Of a stretch of DNA of 64,000 bases, positions 28,088 to 38,061 are shown one piece after another. Within the stretch, counting starts at the first letter, position 1; every line of letters starts with the position of its first letter. The translations under genes and the position numbers were made by a program. Below the pieces are notes generated by a model that was not told the origin of the DNA, searched no databases, and worked only from the letters and a program-made list of their open reading frames with translations. Origin of the DNA: Candidatus Nomurabacteria bacterium (GTDB lineage Bacteria > Patescibacteriota > Minisyncoccia > Phycocordibacterales > UBA918); assembly GCA_020632095.1 (NCBI GenBank), contig JACKGF010000001.1:444937-508936 (forward strand). Direction: 5' to 3'.

Positions 28088-29179
28088 ATGGATAATAATG
28101 CGTCACAAGAAAAGAAGACTTCTATTATGAAGTCCCTCGCCATCGCCGGTTTTATTAGTATCATTATTTTAATCGCTTGGTTATCAATTCAGTTAGTTGG
28201 TGTCTTACCTGGAGCTTTTTCTTCACTTGCCTCTTTAGCTGAGAGTGTTAGCGAACCGCAAGGAACATCGGTTGAAACAAAAGAAATAACAAAACTGACA
28301 GTAACCAGTAATACTACTCTAGTTAACCCTGGTGAATCAGTTGATGTAACATGGAGTAAAATAACCGTTCCTGGTAGTTATACTTTCTCATACAATTGTA
28401 AGGAAGGTGTGGCGGTAGATATTCTAAACGTGGACGGCATTAAAAGTATTGCTTGCGATACTAATTATAATGTTGGTGATATCAATACCCTTTCCTTGGC
28501 CATTGATTCTGAAAAAGAACGTTACGCTGACTTAAACTACAAAATTTCTTTCTTGCGTACTAATGAAACTTCTCCGAGTGCTACTGGCGAGGCAACTCTA
28601 ACTGTAGTGAATAGTGCTATTTCTTCACTGGCTATTTCTGATATCGAAACACCTACTGAAACAACGGTTGAAACAGAAACTGTCGAAGAAGTGACTGAAA
28701 CGGAACCAGTTGTCGAAACTCCAGTTGTTACTACACCAGTCAAACCAACTCCTGTAGTAACCACCCCAGCCAAACCAACTCCGACCTACGAACAGGAATT
28801 TATCTATACTATTCCTACCTCTAATCCAAACGGACGAACTGACTTATCAACCCGATTCTTGAATGTTGGTCGAATTACTGGAAACACATTTTTCCCAGGG
28901 GCAATAAAACAAAACGACAACGGAGCAATCCAATTCGAAGTCAAGAATCTTGGAACCAAGACCTCATCTGACTGGACTTATACTGTCAATCTTCCAAACG
29001 GCGAAACTTACACCTCAAATGCTCAAAAACCCCTTAAACCAAATGAACGAGCAGTGTTAACTATCGGCTTCCCTACTGATAACGATTCCTCTCACCTCTT
29101 TAAGGTTGAAATAAAAGAATCAACTGATAATTACACCCTGAATAATCGCTTCTTTGAAACTATTAAGTTTGTTAAGTAA
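28088..29179 (+). CDS. membrane-anchored surface protein with Thr/Pro-rich linker
   Basis: N-terminal TM; ETPVVTTPVKPTPVVTTPAKPTPT linker; ends TAA. Confidence 0.5.
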   Translation: MDNNASQEKKTSIMKSLAIAGFISIIILIAWLSIQLVGVLPGAFSSLASLAESVSEPQGTSVETKEITKLTVTSNTTLVNPGESVDVTWSKITVPGSYTFSYNCKEGVAVDILNVDGIKSIACDTNYNVGDINTLSLAIDSEKERYADLNYKISFLRTNETSPSATGEATLTVVNSAISSLAISDIETPTETTVETETVEEVTETEPVVETPVVTTPVKPTPVVTTPAKPTPTYEQEFIYTIPTSNPNGRTDLSTRFLNVGRITGNTFFPGAIKQNDNGAIQFEVKNLGTKTSSDWTYTVNLPNGETYTSNAQKPLKPNERAVLTIGFPTDNDSSHLFKVEIKESTDNYTLNNRFFETIKFVK

Positions 29180-29201
29180 AAAGAGCTGAATTTAGATAAT
29201 G

Positions 29202-29233
29202 AAAAGTGCGTGGCCTTCGGCCGCGCACTTTTC
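29202..29233. terminator. bidirectional terminator
   Basis: aaaagtgcgtggcc-ttcg-ggccgcgcactttt. Confidence 0.6.
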
Positions 29234-29254
29234 ATTATCTACAACTTAGTAGAC

Positions 29255-31312
29255 CTAAATATCTAGATTCGCCATTTTGGCATTATTTTGGATAAATGAC
29301 TTTCGACTCGGCACATCATTTCCCATCAAAATATCGAACACCTTGTCAGCATTGATAGCGTCATCAACTTCAACTTGCTTCAAAATTCGGTTCTCAATAT
29401 TCATGGTAGTTTCTCCAAGCTCTTCAGCGTTCATTTCTCCTAGACCCTTGTAACGCTGAATTCTTACTCGACCACTCTTCTTAGTAGTTTCTTCCGTCTC
29501 TTCTTCACTATCTTCTTCCTCATTATCATCTTCGCTCACATCTTCTCCCATATCCTTTAAGATCGCAAACTTTTCATTATCATCAAAAGCGTAACGCACA
29601 TCCTTTCCTTTTTGAATCTTGTAAAGTGGTGGCTGAGCAATATATAAGAATCCACCGTCAATCAAAGGTCGGAAATATCGGTAAAATAGAGTCAGCAACA
29701 GTGTTCTAATATGTGCACCATCGACGTCCGCGTCAGTCGCAATAATAATCTTATGGTAACGAAGTTTGGAAATATCAAACACATCACCAATTGCTGTCCC
29801 TAGTGCAATCACTAGATTCTTGATTTGTTCAGAAGCCAACATCTTATCAATGCGAGCACGCTCAACATTGAGAATTTTTCCCCGCAACGGAAGAATAGCC
29901 TGAGTCTTTCTATCTCGACCCATCTTAGCTGAACCACCAGCTGAGTCCCCCTCTACAATAAAGAGTTCTGAGTCCTCCGCCCGTTTACTCTGGCAGTCGG
30001 CCAATTTACCCGGTAATGACATTCCTTCAAGTGCTCCCTTACGCAACACACTATCCTTAGCCGCTTTAGCTGCCTTACGGGCTTTTACTGCAATAATAAC
30101 CTTATTGATTATTGCCTTTGCGTCATCTGGATTCTCTTCTAGATACATTCCAAAAGAGTCACCAAAAACCGACTCTGTAGCACTACGAGCCTCAACCGAA
30201 CCGAGCTTGGCCTTAGTCTGGCCTTCAAATTGAATCTCCTGCATCTTAACCGATACCACAGCAGTAATCCCTTCCAACACATCGTCACCAGTAAATCCGG
30301 CGTCTTTATCTTTAGCGGAAAAGAAATTATTTTTCTTGGCGTAATTATTGAGAGTTCTCGTTAGAGCGGTTTTAAAACCGGTGATATGAGTACCATGTTC
30401 GGGATTGTATATATTATTAGCAAAAGCAGAAATTCTTGGTGCTATGTCATCAACATATTGCAAAGCCACTTCGACTGACATTACTTCTGGTGTAACATCA
30501 TTTTTTTCTACATAGAAAATATTCTTATGAACTGGTTTTTGGTACTGATTGTTGAAAGCAACCAATGAACGTAAACCGCCTTCAAAATAGAAATTTTGGT
30601 GTGGTACTTCCAGATGTTCCTCACTTAAATAAAACTTTCCTTTTAGGTCTAACTTTTTTTGCTCCGCCTCAGTCAATTCTCTCGCGTCAATAACAGTCAC
30701 CTTCATAGCTTTTACCAAGTAAGCCTGTTGTCGTAAACGACTTACAATTCTTTTGTAGTCGTAAATGATTTCCTTGAAAATACTGATGTCAGCTTTAAAA
30801 GTTATGATAGTACCCTTACTTTTTGAAGCACCAACTTTCTTAACTTTAGCCTTGGCTTTTCCAATATTATATTCCTGAATGTAGTACCCCCCATCACGAT
30901 GAACTTCAGCAATGAGATGAGTCGACAAAGCGTTCACTACTGACACACCAACTCCGTGTAAACCTCCGGAAGCTTTGTACCCAGAACCTTCACCACCAAA
31001 CTTACCCCCAGCATGAAGAGTGGTCAAGATTGTCTCCAGGGCAGATACTTTTGATTGCTTGTGAGTGTCGACCGGAATACCGCGTCCATTATCAACCACT
31101 CTAATATAATCATCCGGTAAAAGAGTAATTTCAACTCTATCCGCAAAACCACCCATCGCCTCATCGCGCGAGTTATCAAACACCTCCCAAATAAGGTGAT
31201 GAAGTCCGTCTGGACCGGTAGTACCGATGTACATTCCGGGGCGTTTTCGTACCGGCTCTAAACCTTCAAGGACCGAAATTGCTGATGCGTCGTATTTTTT
31301 CTCTGCTGCCAT
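29255..31312 (-). CDS. gyrB: DNA gyrase subunit B
   Basis: GHKL ATPase N-terminus LEGLEPVRKRPGMYIG, Toprim EGDSAGGSAK, C-terminal tail. Confidence 0.9.
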   Translation of the reverse strand: MAAEKKYDASAISVLEGLEPVRKRPGMYIGTTGPDGLHHLIWEVFDNSRDEAMGGFADRVEITLLPDDYIRVVDNGRGIPVDTHKQSKVSALETILTTLHAGGKFGGEGSGYKASGGLHGVGVSVVNALSTHLIAEVHRDGGYYIQEYNIGKAKAKVKKVGASKSKGTIITFKADISIFKEIIYDYKRIVSRLRQQAYLVKAMKVTVIDARELTEAEQKKLDLKGKFYLSEEHLEVPHQNFYFEGGLRSLVAFNNQYQKPVHKNIFYVEKNDVTPEVMSVEVALQYVDDIAPRISAFANNIYNPEHGTHITGFKTALTRTLNNYAKKNNFFSAKDKDAGFTGDDVLEGITAVVSVKMQEIQFEGQTKAKLGSVEARSATESVFGDSFGMYLEENPDDAKAIINKVIIAVKARKAAKAAKDSVLRKGALEGMSLPGKLADCQSKRAEDSELFIVEGDSAGGSAKMGRDRKTQAILPLRGKILNVERARIDKMLASEQIKNLVIALGTAIGDVFDISKLRYHKIIIATDADVDGAHIRTLLLTLFYRYFRPLIDGGFLYIAQPPLYKIQKGKDVRYAFDDNEKFAILKDMGEDVSEDDNEEEDSEEETEETTKKSGRVRIQRYKGLGEMNAEELGETTMNIENRILKQVEVDDAINADKVFDILMGNDVPSRKSFIQNNAKMANLDI

Positions 31313-31501
31313 GCTGACTAGTATTTACACGTAATAATAAAGTCTATTATACCAGAAAAAGGTACAAAATGGGGCATTTTTTCACAAAATAACACATCTC
31401 CTCTCACCTAGGAACCTCTTCCCTAGGAAGTACCTAGGGAAATGTTAAGCACCCATATAAAACATCCTTAAAATAACAACCTCTTTGTTTTTCAGTCAAA
31501 A

Positions 31502-33436
31502 TTACCGGACTTCCCAATTGTTCTGTTTAGCCACTTCATTGATTTTATCCATTACCTTATTTACTTCTTCGTCAGTTAGGGTTTTTTCAGGAGACTGAAA
31601 TACTAATCTGAAGGCGTAAGAAGTTCGACCGTCTTTGGTAAAGGTGTCAAACAAAGTTTGTCTAACACAGAGTTCACCAGCGGCAGAGACTATAGTCGAT
31701 AATACCTCGTTGTCTGTCTGCCCTTCCTCTACCCATAGAGCAATATCACGAGCAACTGCAGGGTAAGGAGAAATCGAACGGTAAGTAACTGGGTCACTAT
31801 TTGGAAACACGTCGTAAGTAGTTGGAGCCGGCAACTTATCTAGCAAATCTGTCAAATTCATTTCTGCCACCCCCTTTTCAGTCACCCAATCAACTTCTAA
31901 CCCTAAAAAGTCAGATACAGCCCTGCAAGCCGCTTGAACGATTTTTTCATCCTGTCCAGAGTAGCCATTACCTTTGGTTCTAGCACCCAGCGTCAAGGCA
32001 ACATATTCCTCCACCTGCGAATTTACCTTGGTAAAGACAGTACCAATTTCAAATACGCGCACTCCGCTAATGCCCAACAAGTCAGCGTGCACAAAGTTTG
32101 CGTCTAACACATTGTTAATATTTTCAACCAAAGTATTTCTGACATAACTTTTATCTTTGGCTAAAGCGTTATGGAGTTGTATCTCTCCTTTGTTCAAAAA
32201 TGATGTCGTGATGACTTCGGAAAAGCCTTGCTCAAGTAACACCTGTCTCAACTGTTCACTATAATACTGACGAGCATTTACTTCTGATATTTCTCTCACC
32301 GCCGGTACCACAGAAACTATTTTGTTCAGACCATAAATACGGCCCACTTCTTCAATGTAGTCTTCGGCAATATTTAGGTCAGTTCTTTCCCACGGACCAA
32401 TTGCATATATCGTCTCTCCTTCTACTCTAACCTCAGATCCAGTACGTTTAATTATTTCTTGAACAGCTTCAATACTTAAATCCAATCCCAGTAGAGAATT
32501 CACCTGCTTGATTGAAACAGCCACTTCTGTTGATTTTTTTTTGACTAAATATTCATCGTGTACACCTTCAAATTTACCTCCCGCAATATCGACAATTAAT
32601 TTTACGATGTCGCGCTGAGCATAAAGTGGTAACTCTCTTGAAGGTTCATTTTCGAAACGTTTTGAAGCATCAATCACAATCCCTAGACCACGAGCAGTCT
32701 TACGGGTAACAGTCGGATGGAAATGAGCCGCCTCTATGATGATATTTTTTGTTCCAGCGTGCACTTCAGCATAACGACCACCCTTTACTCCAGCTAGACC
32801 AACTGGAACATCGGAAGAGCCGTCAACAATCAAAAGCTCAGAGCCAGTCAACTCAACAATCCTGTCTTCGGTCTTTCCTCCCTCTGCTAGCAAACTAACC
32901 ATTTCACCCACCTTTGCAAAGCGCACATCAAATTGCCATTTTCCATCAACCTGAGGAAATAAATCAGCATCATAGGCATGAAGGGGTTGGCCGATAGCGT
33001 ACATGACATAATTAGTCGCATCGACAATATTATTGATAGGTCTTTGTCCTAAAGCTTTCAGACGAGTCTGCAACCAAGTCGGAGACTCTTTGACTTCAAC
33101 ATCTGTAATTAAAGTAGCGGTGAAACGCGGACAAGCTTCTTGATCAGCAATATTAACTTTGATCAAATCAGTTGTTGCTAAATCGGGTATCACCTGTAGA
33201 GGATCTTCAACCATCTCAACACCTAAAATAGTTGCTAGTTCGCGGGCAATTCCACGATGACAGAGACAATCACTAGCTCTGTTTGGTAGCACATCTACAT
33301 CAATAACAGACTCCCCTTCCACCTCTTCCACCCCATCAACTTCAAAAGCATGGAAGTTCAGCAGCTCCTCTACCTTACGAGCATCAGGCAAGACATCACC
33401 AACATATTCTTTTAACCAACTGTGAATGACTTTCAT
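31502..33436 (-). CDS. pheT: phenylalanyl-tRNA synthetase beta subunit (shortened)
   Basis: B3/4 and B5 domains; immediately follows pheS. Confidence 0.85.
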   Translation of the reverse strand: MKVIHSWLKEYVGDVLPDARKVEELLNFHAFEVDGVEEVEGESVIDVDVLPNRASDCLCHRGIARELATILGVEMVEDPLQVIPDLATTDLIKVNIADQEACPRFTATLITDVEVKESPTWLQTRLKALGQRPINNIVDATNYVMYAIGQPLHAYDADLFPQVDGKWQFDVRFAKVGEMVSLLAEGGKTEDRIVELTGSELLIVDGSSDVPVGLAGVKGGRYAEVHAGTKNIIIEAAHFHPTVTRKTARGLGIVIDASKRFENEPSRELPLYAQRDIVKLIVDIAGGKFEGVHDEYLVKKKSTEVAVSIKQVNSLLGLDLSIEAVQEIIKRTGSEVRVEGETIYAIGPWERTDLNIAEDYIEEVGRIYGLNKIVSVVPAVREISEVNARQYYSEQLRQVLLEQGFSEVITTSFLNKGEIQLHNALAKDKSYVRNTLVENINNVLDANFVHADLLGISGVRVFEIGTVFTKVNSQVEEYVALTLGARTKGNGYSGQDEKIVQAACRAVSDFLGLEVDWVTEKGVAEMNLTDLLDKLPAPTTYDVFPNSDPVTYRSISPYPAVARDIALWVEEGQTDNEVLSTIVSAAGELCVRQTLFDTFTKDGRTSYAFRLVFQSPEKTLTDEEVNKVMDKINEVAKQNNWEVR

Positions 33437-33438
33437 AA

Positions 33439-34161
33439 TTAAAATTGATTAACGAATCTTAAATCTCCAGTATATAAATCACGGACATCTTCAATGCCAT
33501 ACTTCATCACACCCAAACGATCAATACCCATCCCAAAAGCGAATCCAGAATAAACATCAGCGTCAATGCCGGCGGCCCGAAGCACATTGGGATGTACCAT
33601 ACCAGCCCCCATTACTTCTATCCACTTACCCGCCAATTTACTATCGCCTTCCAGTAACTTCATATCAACCTCAACCCCTGGCTCTACAAAAGGGAAAAAG
33701 CTAGGTCTGAAACGGACTTCAGTTTTTCCACTGAAGAACTTTGAGAAAAAATATTCCAAAGTTCCTTTAAGATCTCCTAGACTGATACCTTTATCGACAC
33801 ACAAACCCTCCAGTTGGAAGAATTGAGCTTCGTGGGTAGCATCAGTTGCTTCATTACGAAAAACTTTACCCGGGACAATTATCCTAATCGGTGGTTTATG
33901 ACTTTCCATAAACCGGGCTTGTACTGGACTTGTGTGAGTACGAAGCACAGTCGGTTCTGACACGTCTTGTGACTTGAACCAAAAAGTATCTTGCATATCA
34001 CGCGAAGGGTGATCTTTAGGTACATTTAATTGGTCAAAATTATAATGCTCAGTCTCCGCTTCTGGTCCTTCAGCAAAATCAAAACCTACTTCCGTAAAAA
34101 TACTGTTTATCTCTGCAATCATTTGCGATATAGGATGTTGGTGCCCAACTGGTTGATTCAT
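33439..34161 (-). CDS. pheS: phenylalanyl-tRNA synthetase alpha subunit (short form)
   Basis: FRPSFFPFVEPGVEVD and GAGMVHPNVL class II motifs. Confidence 0.9.
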   Translation of the reverse strand: MNQPVGHQHPISQMIAEINSIFTEVGFDFAEGPEAETEHYNFDQLNVPKDHPSRDMQDTFWFKSQDVSEPTVLRTHTSPVQARFMESHKPPIRIIVPGKVFRNEATDATHEAQFFQLEGLCVDKGISLGDLKGTLEYFFSKFFSGKTEVRFRPSFFPFVEPGVEVDMKLLEGDSKLAGKWIEVMGAGMVHPNVLRAAGIDADVYSGFAFGMGIDRLGVMKYGIEDVRDLYTGDLRFVNQF

Positions 34162-34205
34162 AGACGTCTAGTTTAGCATGTGATTAAAAGCTGTCCAAAA
34201 TATTT

Positions 34206-35360
34206 TTAAGTTGGCTCAATTTCTGTCACCAATTCAAAATACAATCCGTCTTCATGAATAAATATTTGCTCATTTTCTAATACTACTTCAAAGTCACTTC
34301 CCGGATAAATCAACTGTGTATTCTGCCAGGACCGATCATCAATCTCGGTTACATATAACCCATCTTCAAGTTGCAACAAAACTAAATCAGAACTAGTTGG
34401 TAAGAAATCATAAAAATATACATCTTGTCTCTTACGATCAATTTTTATTTCTGGTCGGCAAATTTTATTTCCATTTACAATCATTGGCGTAGTAGTAGAC
34501 AAACGCAAACGCTCCGTCTCTAGCGCCACGTGCTCGCCATATCTTTCAGCTAAAGTACTGGAGGAAACGTCAGTGGTACAAAAATAGTAAGGGATACTAT
34601 TATCTGAACCTTTCCAAACTGCATACAATTCTCCTTTTCTGTCTAAAAGTTGCATACTACCACTTGTAACAATAGACTCAGTATCGGTTGCTACACCACC
34701 CACATTTGTTGATGTGGTAGCAAAACCAAACCGACCAACTTCATCCATAAAACGTTCAAAAACAGATTCTTTTACCGCCGTAGAAGTACTAAACAAACTA
34801 GACACAAAAATATACTCCTCATTTGTCTGATAAGTAGTTGTCGCTTTCTTGGTTAAAATAACGTATGGCGTTGTAGTAGTTGCTTTAGGAAATAAATTTA
34901 TTGTTGTTGATGCCAATATATAAACTTGCTCTCCAGCACTAGTATTATACTTTGCTATTGGCCTCACGTGAGGTATGGTCGGCATATTAAAGGCTGCCAC
35001 CTCTGCCACAATGTAAGAGTCTATCGGGAGAACTTTTACCCAAGTTTGCAGATCATCCCTCTGCACCACCACTCGATGTAACTTAGCTTCGATGTTTTGG
35101 ATGTAATAGGCTGATCTAAATAACCGAGGCCTTTCAACCTGTTCTTCATCTAAATAAACATCTACTTCCAAGTTATCAGTAGTAATGTACATACCCCCAG
35201 TTGTTACAATCGAAGTTTCCTCATTTTCAAAACTTAAACGATAGCCAGTGGTATAGAAAATAAGTGAAGGTAGAGCCACTAAAAAAATCACCACTAACAG
35301 CCAGAAAAAGTATTTTCGACTGTTGCGTGAAAGCGTTTGAATCTGTGGTTCTAAGAGCAT
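34206..35360 (-). CDS. membrane-anchored hypothetical protein, possible partner of the GT2 synthase
   Basis: 384 aa; N-terminal TM; 8 nt after the GT2 gene on the same strand. Confidence 0.5.
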   Translation of the reverse strand: MLLEPQIQTLSRNSRKYFFWLLVVIFLVALPSLIFYTTGYRLSFENEETSIVTTGGMYITTDNLEVDVYLDEEQVERPRLFRSAYYIQNIEAKLHRVVVQRDDLQTWVKVLPIDSYIVAEVAAFNMPTIPHVRPIAKYNTSAGEQVYILASTTINLFPKATTTTPYVILTKKATTTYQTNEEYIFVSSLFSTSTAVKESVFERFMDEVGRFGFATTSTNVGGVATDTESIVTSGSMQLLDRKGELYAVWKGSDNSIPYYFCTTDVSSSTLAERYGEHVALETERLRLSTTTPMIVNGNKICRPEIKIDRKRQDVYFYDFLPTSSDLVLLQLEDGLYVTEIDDRSWQNTQLIYPGSDFEVVLENEQIFIHEDGLYFELVTEIEPT

Positions 35361-35368
35361 AATTTATT

Positions 35369-36928
35369 TTATTTTATTCTTTTCGGAGTTACCCAGAAGC
35401 CCATATAACGACCGAACATCAATCTCGTCTGAGCATCAAGACCAGGAATAGCGCTAAAGAAAATCATTGTCATTGGTACCATAATCCACTGCAATGTCAT
35501 TACTATATACCTGAAACGACTATGTCCATCGGGACGCGGTGGAGTCAAAGAAAGTGAAATAACAGAAGAAACCACCAAACCAAGCATAGCTACAACCAAC
35601 AAGTTACGGACCATGATTGGTAATTCATACGACAGAACGGTCTCGTGAAATTCTCGTGTCCCTAGAAAAATCGGTGCCCAACCGAGAATAAACAACATAA
35701 TAGGATTGGTCACTAGTGACCAATAACCTTCTCCTTGAATCGCCGAAATAGCTAACCGCTTCTTGAGAGGAATCGCTTTGTTTTTGGTAAAGTGATAAAT
35801 CAAGTAACACCAATTCTCTACTCCATAAGTCCAGCGTCGATGTTGACGATAAATATTTTGAACTGTCCCCCACAAAGTTGGAGCTGTAGTAGCGTCCATA
35901 GCAATCGGATATGACAGAGATACGACTTCAAATTTTCCATCGTTAGCCAACAATAAATTCCAGAAAATTCGTGAATCTTCACTCACCACATTGGCCTGGC
36001 CATAGCCAATTTCATACAATGCCTGAAAACTAACTGAGTGTGAAGAAAAAGTTGCTGCTTTCTCTGGGCGTTCCTGCATAATCATCTGCCAAAAAGTACT
36101 AGACATCGCCATCACCCGAGACAGAGCCGTAGCTTCCCATAGGTTATTAGTAAAAAGTGGCACTGGCTGGAAAGCACTTTTGTATGGATTCTCAACTGTC
36201 ATGAAGTGCCAAATAAGACAATTGAAATAATCTGGGTAGATTACTGTATCAATATCAAAAATCGAAGTTAAGATATTTTTGTACGGAATGTTATTAGCAT
36301 CAATTATCTTCTCTCTAACTTGATGAAGTGCGAAGTGGGTATTTGAACCCTTACCAGCTATTTCGCCAACAATGTTTTCTGGATGAATAGTTACTAAAAA
36401 ATGTCCGAATTTCTGACCAAACTTTTTCTCCATTTCATTGGCTAATTTCTTAGCCTCCTCTCCTGCTCTCTCCTCCGCAGCTAAGACGACAATAATTTTC
36501 TTTAAGTCATATTTTGAATCAGCTAGACCTTGTAGGGTCCCCTCAAGTACTTCGCGTGGTTCTTTATAAAAAGGAAAAATTACCAGATGATAATACTTGT
36601 CATAATTAAATCTTTGTACCAAAGATCCCCAATCAAGTTCCATATGGTGTTTTAACCTTTTCCAATTGTGCCGTACATGGACTGATAGAAAAATGGTTTT
36701 AAGTACCCAAAAGACTGAGAAAGCAATAATGAAGTAAGCAGCGAAGAAAGGTGCATACATAGATGCTAAAATAATTCCAACAATTGTAATCCAAGCTGAT
36801 AGCCCAGGAGCAATTTCTAGAAAACGATAAAGCCTCCGATCAGAGCCGGATAGTTCACTGGCACGAGCAACCTTAAAGTCAGGTCGCCTTGCATAAGGTA
36901 GCAGATAAGATGTGTCGTCTTCTGACAT
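35369..36928 (-). CDS. processive family-2 glycosyltransferase (cellulose/chitin/hyaluronan-synthase-like)
   Basis: N- and C-terminal TM bundles; ED (SEDSRIFW) and QxxRW (QHRRW) motifs. Confidence 0.7.
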   Translation of the reverse strand: MSEDDTSYLLPYARRPDFKVARASELSGSDRRLYRFLEIAPGLSAWITIVGIILASMYAPFFAAYFIIAFSVFWVLKTIFLSVHVRHNWKRLKHHMELDWGSLVQRFNYDKYYHLVIFPFYKEPREVLEGTLQGLADSKYDLKKIIVVLAAEERAGEEAKKLANEMEKKFGQKFGHFLVTIHPENIVGEIAGKGSNTHFALHQVREKIIDANNIPYKNILTSIFDIDTVIYPDYFNCLIWHFMTVENPYKSAFQPVPLFTNNLWEATALSRVMAMSSTFWQMIMQERPEKAATFSSHSVSFQALYEIGYGQANVVSEDSRIFWNLLLANDGKFEVVSLSYPIAMDATTAPTLWGTVQNIYRQHRRWTYGVENWCYLIYHFTKNKAIPLKKRLAISAIQGEGYWSLVTNPIMLFILGWAPIFLGTREFHETVLSYELPIMVRNLLVVAMLGLVVSSVISLSLTPPRPDGHSRFRYIVMTLQWIMVPMTMIFFSAIPGLDAQTRLMFGRYMGFWVTPKRIK

Positions 36929-37065
36929 GTATAACAGCGAGTATATACTTATTTTACAATAAAATAAAGGTGATTTTTGCTATTTTAGTGGTATTACACT
37001 TCCAAGGACAAGTGCTAGAATTTTTCTTAAAACCTCTCTATGAATGATTAACCCAATGAATTCAA

Positions 37066-37818
37066 GCCACCTGTATGACAAGCATACAGCGTGGCCTCAC
37101 TCGGAAGTGACCACGTCCGGCGGGGTTTAGGACGTTTGATTTGGTTTAAGTTTTAGAGTTTGTGGCCACCTGTATGACAAGCATACAGCGTGGCCTCACT
37201 CGGAAGTGACCACGTCCGGCGGGGTTTAGGACGTTTGATTTGGTTTAAGTTTTAGAGTTTGTGGCCACCTGTATGACAAGCATACAGCGTGGCCTCACTC
37301 GGAAGTGACCACGTCCGGCGGGGTTTAGGACGTTTGATTTGGTTTAAGTTTTAGAGTTTGTGGCCACCTGTATGACAAGCATACAGCGTGGCCTCACTGG
37401 AAGTGACCACGTCCGGCGGGGTTTAGGACGTTTGATTTGGTTTAAGTTTTTAGAGTTTGTGGCCACCTGTATGACAAGCATACAGCGTGGCCTCACTCGG
37501 AAGTGACCACGTCCGGCGGGGTTTAGGACGTTTGATTTGGTTTAAGTTTTAGAGTTTGTGGCCACCTGTATGACAAGCATACAGCGTGGCCTCACTCGGA
37601 AGTGACCACGTCCGGCGGGGTTTAGGACGTTTGATTTGGTTTAAGTTTTAGAGTTTGTGGCCACCTGTATGACAAGCATACAGCGTGGCCTCACTCGGAA
37701 GTGACCACGTCCGGCGGGGTTTAGGACGTTTGATTTGGTTTAAGTTTTAGAGTTTGTGGCCACCTGTATGACAAGCATACAGCGTGGCCTCACTCGGAAG
37801 TGACCACGTCCGGCGGGG
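37066..37818. repeat. perfect tandem array, about 7.6 copies of a 99 bp non-coding unit
   Basis: unit starts at 37066, 37165, 37264, 37363, 37462, 37561, 37660 and 37759, plus a 60-nt partial copy; one copy has a compensating 1-nt deletion and 1-nt insertion; stop codons in all six frames. Confidence 0.9.
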
Positions 37819-37837
37819 CCGGACTAGCCAATAAAAA

Positions 37838-37885
37838 TAATACCTAAGGAAAAGTTAACTTTTCCTTAGGTATTATTTTTATTGG
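37838..37885. terminator. long palindromic hairpin, 3' of tRNA-Thr
   Basis: taatacctaaggaaaagttaacttttccttaggtatta with A/T runs either side. Confidence 0.6.
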
Positions 37886-37924
37886 CTCTCTTCCTTCGTC
37901 ATCGAGTCACTTCTCTCGTATCGG

Positions 37925-37997
37925 AGCCACCTGTCAGATTCGAACTGACGACCTGCGGTTTACAAAACCGATGCTCTACCAACTGAGCTAAGGTGGC
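37925..37997 (-). tRNA. tRNA-Thr (anticodon UGU)
   Basis: hand-folded cloverleaf: acceptor GCCACCT/AGGTGGC, D-loop AGTTGGTA, anticodon loop TT-TGT-AA, T-arm GTCAG-TTCGAAT-CTGAC; CCA not encoded. Confidence 0.85.
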
Positions 37998-38061
37998 GGT
38001 TGCAGATTATATATCTGCGCACTGAATCCTATCAGATATCAAATTATTTTTCTACCCTTCT

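Noticed and set aside
37066-37818. CRISPR array
   Set aside because: All repeat copies are identical with no intervening unique spacers. The 99-bp unit length is outside the CRISPR repeat range, and there are no cas genes in the window.
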